This document shows, in pieces, positions 55,539-63,601 of a stretch of DNA of 64,000 nucleotides (position 1 is the first letter of the stretch; each line of letters opens with the position of its first letter). Position numbers and translations under genes: made by a program. Source of the DNA: a virus. Lineage: Duplodnaviria > Caudoviricetes. The notes beneath the pieces were generated by a model that saw only the letters and a list, made by a program, of their open reading frames with translations, was not told the DNA's origin and made no database searches. The DNA is taken from positions 4,987 to 68,986 of the IMG/VR virus record IMGVR_UViG_3300020577_004283; one strand, given 5' to 3'.

Positions 55539-56435
55539 TCAGAGCGGGCTGTCGTCGCCCTCGCCAGGGTCCTCGGCCGACCCGTTGATCGTGGTGGCGG
55601 CGTCGTCATCGGGCGGAGTCGCGGCCTTCAACTCGCCGGCCATGGCCAGGTTGAAGAACTTCTTTGCTTCTTCATACGCATCGCGTTGTTCCGCCGTGAC
55701 GAAACCCTCGTCCTCGACGGCCAGCGAATACCAGTCGCCGCGCTCGTTCTGCTGCCAGAACGTGCGGAGGCGAACCACCGTGGCGAACGATGGTGCGATG
55801 ATCAGACCGTTGCGGCCGCGGAGCTTCTTGTTCCGCAGCATCGTGTTCCAGGCTCGGTGCGTCTGCAGACCCGTCGACGACAGGCCGAGAACGACAGCCT
55901 CGAGCGTATCGACCATCACCAGATAGTGATAGGCGGTCGTCACCAGCTGGTGGCCATTCGGCAGCATGCGGATCGTGCGTTTACCGGTGGGGTCCTGAGG
56001 GTTGGGGACCTCCATGACCTCCTTCAGCAGAGGGGTGTCGATCGGATGCTGCGCGACAAACCCACCGCCGGCTGCACGAGGGATCCACTCGACCTCGTAC
56101 ATATCGGCATGAGCCTGCAACGCCAAAGGACCGGTGCCAGGGTCTTCAGCCTTGATCAGCCGACGGCTGGCCGTGTTGTACAGCAAACCCGGCTCGGCGC
56201 CTTCGACGTATGCCGGGTCCTTCTTGTTGACCTGAGGAGAGGTCTTCTGCAGGACACGAAGAAACGGAATGACGTTCTCTTCGCGGCGGTCGCTGGTGCC
56301 GGCACCAGCATACTGCTCCATGTCATCCGCGAGGTCCATCGGGATCATCGCGTTGGAGCCGATCACCTGAATGCCCTGCGGGGCAGGCGGTGTTTCGGTC
56401 TGCACGGTTGTCGTCTCTTCGTGTTTCTTTGCCAT
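55539..56435 (-). CDS. probable single-stranded DNA-binding protein
   Basis: PFLRVLQKTSPQV...GAEPG, NERGDWY motif and acidic C-terminal tail (...DDSPL). Confidence 0.7.
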   Translation of the reverse strand: MAKKHEETTTVQTETPPAPQGIQVIGSNAMIPMDLADDMEQYAGAGTSDRREENVIPFLRVLQKTSPQVNKKDPAYVEGAEPGLLYNTASRRLIKAEDPGTGPLALQAHADMYEVEWIPRAAGGGFVAQHPIDTPLLKEVMEVPNPQDPTGKRTIRMLPNGHQLVTTAYHYLVMVDTLEAVVLGLSSTGLQTHRAWNTMLRNKKLRGRNGLIIAPSFATVVRLRTFWQQNERGDWYSLAVEDEGFVTAEQRDAYEEAKKFFNLAMAGELKAATPPDDDAATTINGSAEDPGEGDDSPL

Positions 56436-56449
56436 GATAGTTTCCTTGG

Positions 56450-56638
56450 TTACTGTGTGAACTTCGCTGAACATTCCTGGAACTTGGTCAACGCATTGTC
56501 CAGGACGGTCTGGGCATCAGCCCTTGCGGTGTTGGCAGCACGAGCTGCTTGCACGGCAGCTGCCAAGTTGGTACGAGCCAACGTGACAGCGTCAGCGGCA
56601 TCTTTCAGTTGCTGACTAGGAGTTGGATCGGCCATCAT
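56450..56638 (-). CDS. small Ala-rich coiled-coil protein
   Basis: 62-aa ORF in operon. Confidence 0.5.
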   Translation of the reverse strand: MMADPTPSQQLKDAADAVTLARTNLAAAVQAARAANTARADAQTVLDNALTKFQECSAKFTQ

Positions 56639-56639
56639 T

Positions 56640-56840
56640 TCACCTATGGATGCTTGGTGGATACACGGACGTGGATCTGGATTGGCTGTTCACCCCCATT
56701 TGATACATGACCAACAGAAAGAAAATGGTTATCGCAAATCGCAAGGTGTTGTCAGGAATGATCCCCCACACGATGGCGAGAACGATAACAACAGCAGTGA
56801 TCGGCCAAAAGTGGGTTGGCTCGAAGACGACTGCGTTCAC
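56640..56840 (-). CDS. small membrane protein
   Basis: Two hydrophobic segments. Confidence 0.5.
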   Translation of the reverse strand: MNAVVFEPTHFWPITAVVIVLAIVWGIIPDNTLRFAITIFFLLVMYQMGVNSQSRSTSVYPPSIHR

Positions 56841-57520
56841 GCGGGCTTGCCCTTCCGAGTTTTCTTCATCTTCGGAGGCTTCCGCTTAACGACCTTGCAG
56901 ACACGACCAACAAACGCCCCGAGAAGACCCAGCTCGATCTTGGGTTTGTTGGTTTCTGGTGCGTGCGGATCGATCGGTGTTTCAACAACGTCTTTGACGA
57001 ACGTCGTGAGACTACGCCAATTGACGGACATGTCCAGGCTGGTGGCTGCGTCAACACCGTGCTTCTGCAGCCAGGAGTTGACCAGCTCGGTCAGCTTGTG
57101 AGCCTTGTCCACGTCCTCTTTCGGGAACGAAATGGAAAGCTCGGACTTGATCAGATCGCCACCACCGAGCGCTTCCAGATGGGCAAAGGCTTTCGCCTTG
57201 TCATCTTCAGCCCAATCGGCTTTGATGCTGGCATGGTAATAGTTCTGCACGACAATGTCGACGCTGGCACCAGGGATACCGACAATGTCGGTCTGAGCCT
57301 GATCAAACATCTCGGGCAGAACACGAGTGGCGAGCTGATGGCGGCGAGACGTGAGCCGGTCCAGAAGGGCCGAGGCTCGCTCAACCATATCGTCCAGCTT
57401 CACAAGTTCTTCAGCCTTGGCGACGATCTTTGCCATCGGGCTGTTGGGGTTGACGGCATCGGCCGTTATTCGGTTGGCTTCAGCGTCACTGGAAAAAAGA
57501 TCTTCCATCGACTGCGACAT
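56837..57520 (-). CDS. conserved replication-region protein
   Basis: RVLPEMF...AFAHLE.LG.GDLIK...VNWRSL.TFVK pattern, usually found next to SSB in PolA-encoding phages. Confidence 0.65.
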   Translation of the reverse strand: MSQSMEDLFSSDAEANRITADAVNPNSPMAKIVAKAEELVKLDDMVERASALLDRLTSRRHQLATRVLPEMFDQAQTDIVGIPGASVDIVVQNYYHASIKADWAEDDKAKAFAHLEALGGGDLIKSELSISFPKEDVDKAHKLTELVNSWLQKHGVDAATSLDMSVNWRSLTTFVKDVVETPIDPHAPETNKPKIELGLLGAFVGRVCKVVKRKPPKMKKTRKGKPA

Positions 57521-57820
57521 GGCGGAGTTCCTTTTGGGTCTTATACTTTAAGCCGTTCCAAGGCTTGGCGAAAGCGAGGATTTTGGTTTAACTCGTTGAA
57601 TTACCTAAGCAATCCTAGTGTAACCTAGATCCTCTTGGTGGAATAGCGGAAACTCTGGCGCTAGTCAATCTCACTCAAAGCCTTGCTGAGACTCATACCG
57701 CATCCAACGGAAGCAAGAGACAAGAAACCGGTGTCCACATTGATGATGAACCCAGTGGTGACAAGAAAGACTCCTGCCATGAGTCCCAACATGATTTTCA
57801 CAACTACCCACATGACGGAC

Positions 57821-58021
57821 CTACTTCAGTTGATACGGATACGAACCGACAAAGACGCCGAGGATCGCGACAACCACCATCGACACACCACCGGCGAAGC
57901 CATCAATCCAGAACTGGACAGTGATCATCCAGATCATCATCGATAATACGAGACCAAGGATCATCGTTTCCTCCAGAGCAAAACGAGACCAATGCCAGAC
58001 GCCAACAGTGGTAGCGTCCAC
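57821..58021 (-). CDS. small membrane protein (start uncertain)
   Basis: Hydrophobic ORF. Confidence 0.4.
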   Translation of the reverse strand: MDATTVGVWHWSRFALEETMILGLVLSMMIWMITVQFWIDGFAGGVSMVVVAILGVFVGSYPYQLK

Positions 58022-58326
58022 GGCTCTGGCACGTTCACTACACCCCCGGACCCAGGGACAATCTCCGAACCAACCGGGGGTGTGGTTTGGGGGATCGGTG
58101 GGTGATAGTATTCGGGTGGTGGCTGATGCAGCGTGCCGAGAGGGTCATATTTCACAACGACACACGTGAGAGTGACGGGGGTCACTGCAATCAGGCCCAC
58201 GCCGACCTTTGCAGCGACGCTCAGGCGTCGGGGCCGAGCCCAGGTATAGCCGTGACGAATGCGCGGCCGGACCTTGTGGAAGGTCGGGTGGACGACACGA
58301 ACGCAACGGATGATGAACGGGATCAT
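57961..58326 (-). CDS. PEP-CTERM sorting-signal protein
   Basis: C-terminus VPEPWTLPLLASGIGLVLLWRKR; basic N-terminus, TM segment and Pro-rich linker. Confidence 0.85.
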   Translation of the reverse strand: MIPFIIRCVRVVHPTFHKVRPRIRHGYTWARPRRLSVAAKVGVGLIAVTPVTLTCVVVKYDPLGTLHQPPPEYYHPPIPQTTPPVGSEIVPGSGGVVNVPEPWTLPLLASGIGLVLLWRKR

Positions 58327-58526
58327 GTGACTGACGCCACTGAGAAGTGAAACACCTTCTTGTCGGCGTCCACCGTCATCATCAGAACCTTGCCCCTGGG
58401 GACTTCGTCGACCTCAGATGTAGAGATCGATATCTCCCCACCCATCATCTGGATCAGAACGATCAGGAGCTGCTCCTGCATCGCTCGTATTGCTTTTTGC
58501 ATTTCGGCGTCGGCGGTCAGCATCAT
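58323..58526 (-). CDS. small hypothetical protein
   Basis: Packed ORF with overlapping start/stop. Confidence 0.55.
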   Translation of the reverse strand: MMLTADAEMQKAIRAMQEQLLIVLIQMMGGEISISTSEVDEVPRGKVLMMTVDADKKVFHFSVASVT

Positions 58527-58797
58527 CAGGCTCCAACAGTTTGCTGGCGTGCTTGATCAAAGCAGCACGACCAGTCGGTGTGATGTAGAACCGAGGTCCG
58601 GTGGTCCCAGAACGTTTCGCCAACCATTTACGCTCGATCAACGCAATGATGTTGCGACCGTCTTCCCGCCGTCCTTCTTCAAGCTCACCGAAGAACCACA
58701 CGAACTTCTGTGGTCCCTGGCGAAAATACTGGATGAACCCTTGGTGGTCCATGATCCGCTGGAGGCACTTGATCTGAAGGACTGACGGAGGCTTCAT
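58414..58797 (-). CDS. hypothetical protein, possible winged HTH
   Basis: IIALIERKWL...FYITPTGRAAL pattern. Confidence 0.5.
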   Translation of the reverse strand: MKPPSVLQIKCLQRIMDHQGFIQYFRQGPQKFVWFFGELEEGRREDGRNIIALIERKWLAKRSGTTGPRFYITPTGRAALIKHASKLLEPDDADRRRRNAKSNTSDAGAAPDRSDPDDGWGDIDLYI

Positions 58798-59102
58798 CAG
58801 ACGAAACCCAACGCTTCGCGGAACTTGCCTTGAGCGTCGTTATGTCCACGCGAGTAGGCGCGGTTGATCATCCGAATAACGTTCTCGGCCTCTTCTCGGG
58901 TGTTGAAAACCGACGTTCCGAGAGCACCCGGTGGTGGTTCACCTGCACCACCGATGTAGAACTTCTTGTCATGCTCTATCAGGAACCACGGGGCGAACCA
59001 GAAGCGATGACAATCCGGAGTGAACGGCATCCGTGACATATTGTTGATCGGATGGTGCTGGACACCGGCGATGCCGCGAGGATAGCCTGGACCGTTGCTC
59101 AC
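58797..59102 (-). CDS. hypothetical protein
   Basis: Packed ORF. Confidence 0.55.
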   Translation of the reverse strand: MSNGPGYPRGIAGVQHHPINNMSRMPFTPDCHRFWFAPWFLIEHDKKFYIGGAGEPPPGALGTSVFNTREEAENVIRMINRAYSRGHNDAQGKFREALGFV

Positions 59103-59347
59103 GACTCAAGCTCCTCGGTCAGCTGTTCACGGATCTTGCTCATCATCGCTTTTACGTCGACGTTGGTCAGAGCGTTCACCTGCGCGACGAGGGTCTCGTA
59201 GTCGTAGTCGCCCTGAGCATAGGCATGGTCAACCGGAACGGTGTTCAGGATGATCCGAAAAGCTGTGGCCCCATCAATGATGTAGCGCAGGTTCTGCTCT
59301 TCTTCCCGAAGCCGTTGCTCCAGACGGTTACGATCGATCACGTTCAT
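59099..59347 (-). CDS. hypothetical protein
   Basis: RBS AGGAG behind promoter 59381-59417. Confidence 0.6.
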   Translation of the reverse strand: MNVIDRNRLEQRLREEEQNLRYIIDGATAFRIILNTVPVDHAYAQGDYDYETLVAQVNALTNVDVKAMMSKIREQLTEELES

Positions 59348-59380
59348 AGGTATCTCCTGGCGGTAGACATTGACCGGATA

Positions 59381-59417
59381 ACTCTAGGCTCAAGGCTTTT
59401 GGCGTAAAAGACCAATC
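59381..59417 (-). promoter_or_regulatory. sigma70-like promoter GATTGGTC-TTTTAC-N17-TAGAGT
   Basis: Promoter family member. Confidence 0.75.
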
Positions 59418-59462
59418 TTTGGCGTAATTACCGGTTCCGCCCCGCAGGCCGCTGCTAGGCTG

Positions 59463-59565
59463 AGGCGCCGCTAGGGGGTTATAGCCTACGCGCGCCCTAG
59501 CTAGGGGGGCTGTAGCGGTCGTTAAAACGGGCTGGCGGTAAGGGTTAACCCGTAGGCAACGGCTG
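59463..59565 (-). repeat. dispersed CCGCTACAG-core element
   Basis: Reverse complement shares GCCCGTTT..CCGCTACAGCC..CCCTAGCGGCGCCT with 12518-12577. Confidence 0.7.
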
Positions 59566-59581
59566 AAGGTTCGGCGCGGGG

Positions 59582-59950
59582 TCATTTTTCAGTGTAGAAG
59601 CTGACAGCAGGGTAGACCGCCGCGTCACGGGCAATTTTCCGTAGCTCTTGGTTCTTGGCAGCCTTGGCTCTGGCAATCGTTTCCAGCGCCTTGCGAAGCC
59701 GAGAGTTCTCCTCCTCAAGAAACCCCCGGACCTGTGCGTCCAGTGGGTCCGCCGGAGAATGGTAGCTGTATCCTTGTGAAGCAGCGGCGTCGGACCTGAC
59801 CAGTCGACCGGTCATCGCCCAAAGCTCGGGGTTTAGCCAGTCAACTTGGTAGAGCCATCGGGCAGCATGGAGGCCGGTAGACCAATGCTTCAGCCAGTGC
59901 CACGGTTTGTCCAGATGCTCAGCCGGGGGTAGACAGCGTGGGTGACTCAT
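59582..59950 (-). CDS. hypothetical protein, paralogue of 62218-62655
   Basis: CLPP...WHWL...YHSPADP...N.RLR.ALE.IA. Confidence 0.6.
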   Translation of the reverse strand: MSHPRCLPPAEHLDKPWHWLKHWSTGLHAARWLYQVDWLNPELWAMTGRLVRSDAAASQGYSYHSPADPLDAQVRGFLEEENSRLRKALETIARAKAAKNQELRKIARDAAVYPAVSFYTEK

Positions 59951-60351
59951 GCTCCCTCGTTCGCTAGTTCGGTTTCATCGACCAGTGCCAGAATGGCTAA
60001 TGCGATTCTGGCTCTTCGCTCTTCGGGTGCCGTGACCTCAACAAAGCATTGACGCTTGGCTGCTTGGATAGACGTTCTACCGCTCCGCTCCACGGTCATG
60101 TTGAACGCCCACCCCCTGTCCCGCAAGGGATTGAACAGGCTGTCAGCATGCTGCAGATCGTAGAGAAACTCCGGAGCAACTTTGTGGAAGGCTCCGGAGT
60201 GAGGGTTCACCCATCCTTTGGCAACCTGTCGCCAACCCATGGTCCGTGCGATGTTCACGTGAACAACGTGCCGTGTGACAAATGAGTAGTCGCCAGCTAC
60301 AATCTTGTCAGCCAGCGCTTTGGCGGCTGTGATCCCGTCTGGTCCGATCAT
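59947..60351 (-). CDS. hypothetical protein (phage ABA-sandwich-like)
   Basis: Helix-beta-helix pattern ending ARIALAILAL. Confidence 0.5.
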   Translation of the reverse strand: MIGPDGITAAKALADKIVAGDYSFVTRHVVHVNIARTMGWRQVAKGWVNPHSGAFHKVAPEFLYDLQHADSLFNPLRDRGWAFNMTVERSGRTSIQAAKRQCFVEVTAPEERRARIALAILALVDETELANEGA

Positions 60352-60356
60352 TCTGA

Positions 60357-60623
60357 TTATCCCCGTTGTTCACGATAAAGCTTGACGCTCTTCTCGATAA
60401 ACTCCAGTGCTTGCTCTTTGGTTATGTAGCCAGCGTCCGGCCACTCACCGAAAGGTTCTGTGTGCTCCCAGTCAGGTGCCAAAACCGGTTCCTCACCGAT
60501 CCCCATCGACCACTTAGCGCCTCGTGAACGAAAGTAGAACGGCTGACCATCCACCGTCCCCTCAGCCTGGACTGGGGCCATTCCTCCTAAGTATTCGAAC
60601 ACCACTCCTGGATCGTTGATCAT
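60357..60623 (-). CDS. small conserved hypothetical protein
   Basis: PVQAEGTVDGQPFYFRSRG..WS motif. Confidence 0.6.
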   Translation of the reverse strand: MINDPGVVFEYLGGMAPVQAEGTVDGQPFYFRSRGAKWSMGIGEEPVLAPDWEHTEPFGEWPDAGYITKEQALEFIEKSVKLYREQRG

Positions 60624-61104
60624 TCTTTCGCTTCCTTGGTTTCGTCATCCACGTTGGGTAGAGTAGGACGAGAGACTGTGCAACCTCTATTCCCAGCTTC
60701 GTCATGGTGAAGTAGGTCATGTCTTTGCTAGCAGGCAACAGCCGATCGCGGGTCATCAACCCATGGTTGACCAACGAAACACAACGTTCATCGTCAGTGT
60801 CGGTGTAGAAATAGGTTCGGTATCCAGCTTTGAACGGGTCGCCCTGATCTGCACCCCAAGCATGGAGCAAACAGCTTGTTTCTTCTTCGGTCAATTTGTC
60901 CGCAAGCTCGTGGCGAATAGGTAGGAAAACATCACGTGTCGGGTTACGAAGGACACGTATGTCAATGATAGATTGAACGACCCCATCCATGTTCAGCCAG
61001 GCACTGTAACGAACAACACCTGCCGATGGACCAAAGTAAACGTCAGAACCAACCAACCCTCTGACGTAGACTGACCAAGCCTTGCGGCGGCGGACTAGGG
61101 TCAT
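60562..61104 (-). CDS. hypothetical protein
   Basis: AWSVYVRG N-terminus; LLHAWG...YRTYF second part. Confidence 0.55.
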   Translation of the reverse strand: MTLVRRRKAWSVYVRGLVGSDVYFGPSAGVVRYSAWLNMDGVVQSIIDIRVLRNPTRDVFLPIRHELADKLTEEETSCLLHAWGADQGDPFKAGYRTYFYTDTDDERCVSLVNHGLMTRDRLLPASKDMTYFTMTKLGIEVAQSLVLLYPTWMTKPRKRKNDQRSRSGVRILRRNGPSPG

Positions 61105-61328
61105 GTCGGATAAACACTCCTGGCGTCACCACACAACGGACACGATAGTGTGATACCGTTTCGGTCAATCGTTAGTCTGCCGGAACAGTCGTGCGACTGG
61201 TGTTTCAGCGCACAATGCGCCGTCCGTAGAATGGTGTAGATCTGAGCTTCCTGTTTATCAAGCTGAGTTGGAAGCTCACAACAATTGATCGGTTGACCGT
61301 CAGGGAGGGTTGGTGTTGGCTTGGTCAT
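61101..61328 (-). CDS. small Cys-rich protein
   Basis: CC...HDC...CPLC. Confidence 0.5.
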   Translation of the reverse strand: MTKPTPTLPDGQPINCCELPTQLDKQEAQIYTILRTAHCALKHQSHDCSGRLTIDRNGITLSCPLCGDARSVYPT

Positions 61329-61539
61329 CGCGAGGTACCCACTTCTTGCACTTTTTGCCGTATTCAGGGTGTATATACAGCACGTTGTTGAAGCCAGAGT
61401 GTGGCTGAGGCATGTTATCCCGCGCCCACACACAGGACCCTTCTTTCGATCTCCCGATGAAAAGGCTTTCCCGCCAATCGTCGGCCCACCGGCACGTCTC
61501 GCAGCACTGTTCAGTCATCACCAAACTCCGTTGTTGCAA
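61300..61539 (-). CDS. small Cys-rich protein
   Basis: CCETCRW...C...C..W. Confidence 0.5.
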   Translation of the reverse strand: MQQRSLVMTEQCCETCRWADDWRESLFIGRSKEGSCVWARDNMPQPHSGFNNVLYIHPEYGKKCKKWVPRDDQANTNPP

Positions 61540-61771
61540 TGTACAACACGAGCAAACCCAGAACAGTCGAAGCCAATGCTGAACCCAGCTTGCTTGGCAA
61601 CGGCCAGTTGATCGAGGTCACCGTGGTATCAAAGACAACCCAGAACCACGCGTCAACAACCCCAAGCATCGCCGGAAACACTAGGACCGCACTGAGTGCG
61701 ATGAGGAAGTGATACACCACGCAGGCGGCGAGGGCGCGCAGGGTCGCGGGGTCAGTCCGTGTATGCGACAT
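61511..61771 (-). CDS. small membrane protein
   Basis: MSHTRTDPAT followed by hydrophobic segments. Confidence 0.5.
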   Translation of the reverse strand: MSHTRTDPATLRALAACVVYHFLIALSAVLVFPAMLGVVDAWFWVVFDTTVTSINWPLPSKLGSALASTVLGLLVLYIATTEFGDD

Positions 61772-62228
61772 AGCGAAACTTCCCTCCCCCGAACTGTTCA
61801 AACCGGCCGCCGAATGTCCCCTTCACGCGGTCTTCGACTTCGGCCCTTGTGGTGCCTTCGGGATAGACGCCTTCGCAAATCTGCGAACATGTCGTGTCGG
61901 ATTTGATGCGATAGTCGATCTTGCGGGGATCGAGCGGGCGCGGAGCGTAGGATTTGAAAGGAGTATCTCCATACATTCCCTTTGCGGCATCTTCCTTGGT
62001 CACTGCGACGCACCGGAGGCCGTTGATGTAATATGTCCGATCTTCTTCCTCGGCGTCCCATTCGCACTCTGGGCAGTATTCGCGCGGCGTTGTGCAAGCC
62101 GAACACGGTGGTCTGATGTGGCAGCTACAACCTTCAACGGCCTTTTCAGCGATGACGCCTTTGCAGCCATTTCTCATGCAGGTCTCGCCTTCCAATTCTC
62201 CGAATTGGGTCGCGGGGTCAACGGGCAT
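61752..62228 (-). CDS. Cys-rich hypothetical protein
   Basis: GETCMRNGC.G...CSCHIRPPCSAC...CPEC; C-terminal VKGTFGGRF...GGGKF.YVAYTD. Confidence 0.65.
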   Translation of the reverse strand: MPVDPATQFGELEGETCMRNGCKGVIAEKAVEGCSCHIRPPCSACTTPREYCPECEWDAEEEDRTYYINGLRCVAVTKEDAAKGMYGDTPFKSYAPRPLDPRKIDYRIKSDTTCSQICEGVYPEGTTRAEVEDRVKGTFGGRFEQFGGGKFRYVAYTD

Positions 62229-62655
62229 TGAGGGCTTCCTTTGCTGCCGAACGATTACGGTGCAGCGCTGCCGAGAAAGCATCTGCGGCAATCTCATGTG
62301 TCCAAGGCATAGTGACTGCAACTTCGCTCTTGGCGATAAACTCCAACGCCTCCCGCAACCTCTTGTTCTTGTCCATAAGATGGTCGGCAATCGCGGCGGT
62401 CCGCGCTATTTCGTTGCGCATGATTGTCGCTTCTCTCTCCAACCGCTCGCGCGCTTCGGCGTCGTCAGGGGAGGCGGGGAGGTGGTAGGTGTTGTCGTGG
62501 GCGGCCTCGGCTGGGGTTTCTCCCACGCCACCACCACACCAATACCATCCGCCCCAAGCCCACATAGCGACATGAAAGTGCCCATTCGCGTTGGATCGCA
62601 GCCAGTGATGCGTGTTATCCGCAGCACCCGCAGCCGGGCGGCATTCGTCGGTCAC
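62218..62655 (-). CDS. hypothetical protein, paralogue of 59582-59950
   Basis: CRPA...HHWL...YHLPASP...NKRLREALEFIA. Confidence 0.6.
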   Translation of the reverse strand: MTDECRPAAGAADNTHHWLRSNANGHFHVAMWAWGGWYWCGGGVGETPAEAAHDNTYHLPASPDDAEARERLEREATIMRNEIARTAAIADHLMDKNKRLREALEFIAKSEVAVTMPWTHEIAADAFSAALHRNRSAAKEALNAR

Positions 62656-63284
62656 GTCCGATCCCCCGGAAAATCGTCATCGTCGGATGGGGTGGCAGGC
62701 GCGAAGTCGAGGATTGCCATAAGCCGCTCCTTGTCGGCCCCCTCGAATACCTCTCTTGCCCTTTGAGTATCCGGCGCCCGCACGATAGCCGTCACCGCTT
62801 CCATGCTGATAGTGGACGACAGCCGCCGCTCCAAATCATCCAGCCATTCGCCGCGCGTCATTTTCTGCTTCTTTGCCGGCGCAGGCTGTTCACGGACCAG
62901 CGGCTTGACCGTGTATGGCTTGCGGGTCTTCTTCGTTTCCGTCAGGGCCAACACCATCGGCTTGTCGATGTCGGACATCTCGCTGATCCGAATCCCGCCA
63001 ACTTCCATGCCAGCCCACTTTACGGACGGGTCGCGATACAACTTCACCGCCCGACCCGCATACTTGCTGGCATCCGGTCCCCACGCCGCCACCAGAACGC
63101 GCGACATGGACTTGCACGGGCGCCACGGCTTGCCGTTGTCGCCGACATACCGGATCGTGACGGGCTGCTCGGTGCCGGGCCTGATCTCGACTTCCGTGAT
63201 CGTGATCGTCAGCGGCCCGGCAATCAGGTCGTCGGCGTTGATCTGGTCGGATTTCGGGATGATGACGCTGGACATGTCGTTCAT
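62652..63284 (-). CDS. conserved recombination-associated protein adjacent to YqaJ (possible ssDNA-annealing partner)
   Basis: IIPKSDQINADDL...PWRPCKSM.RVL...WG...LYRDP.V...G.EVGGIRIS motif. Confidence 0.7.
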   Translation of the reverse strand: MNDMSSVIIPKSDQINADDLIAGPLTITITEVEIRPGTEQPVTIRYVGDNGKPWRPCKSMSRVLVAAWGPDASKYAGRAVKLYRDPSVKWAGMEVGGIRISEMSDIDKPMVLALTETKKTRKPYTVKPLVREQPAPAKKQKMTRGEWLDDLERRLSSTISMEAVTAIVRAPDTQRAREVFEGADKERLMAILDFAPATPSDDDDFPGDRT

Positions 63285-63592
63285 GGGGTGCCCCCCTCTG
63301 GCAAGCACTCGATCTGTCGCCATCGCCACTCGTGTTTTCCGCCAACGCTATAAACGCCCCGGAAGTGGATTGTGCCGTCATCGCACAGCGCGCATAGATC
63401 ATCACCCCACAACAGAATTTGCACGACCTTGCGCGGCGGCGACGCTGCCTCTTGCACAGCATTAGGCTGAAGTGCTGCCATGTAAGCGCGGATCGCGGCT
63501 TCGACTGCTGGGTAAAACACGCCATAGCCAACAGGTATCTCGCGGTCGTAAACATCGCAGGCCACGCGCAACGCGTTCTGGTTCAAGTCCAT
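63281..63592 (-). CDS. hypothetical protein
   Basis: Packed ORF; LCALCDDGTI pattern. Confidence 0.5.
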   Translation of the reverse strand: MDLNQNALRVACDVYDREIPVGYGVFYPAVEAAIRAYMAALQPNAVQEAASPPRKVVQILLWGDDLCALCDDGTIHFRGVYSVGGKHEWRWRQIECLPEGGTP

Positions 63593-63601
63593 CTTTCCCT
63601 C

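Noticed and set aside
57545-57630. Eighth member of the promoter family upstream of 56837-57520
   Set aside because: AT-rich and probably regulatory, but I could not fit GATTnnTC-TTTnnn-N17-TA convincingly
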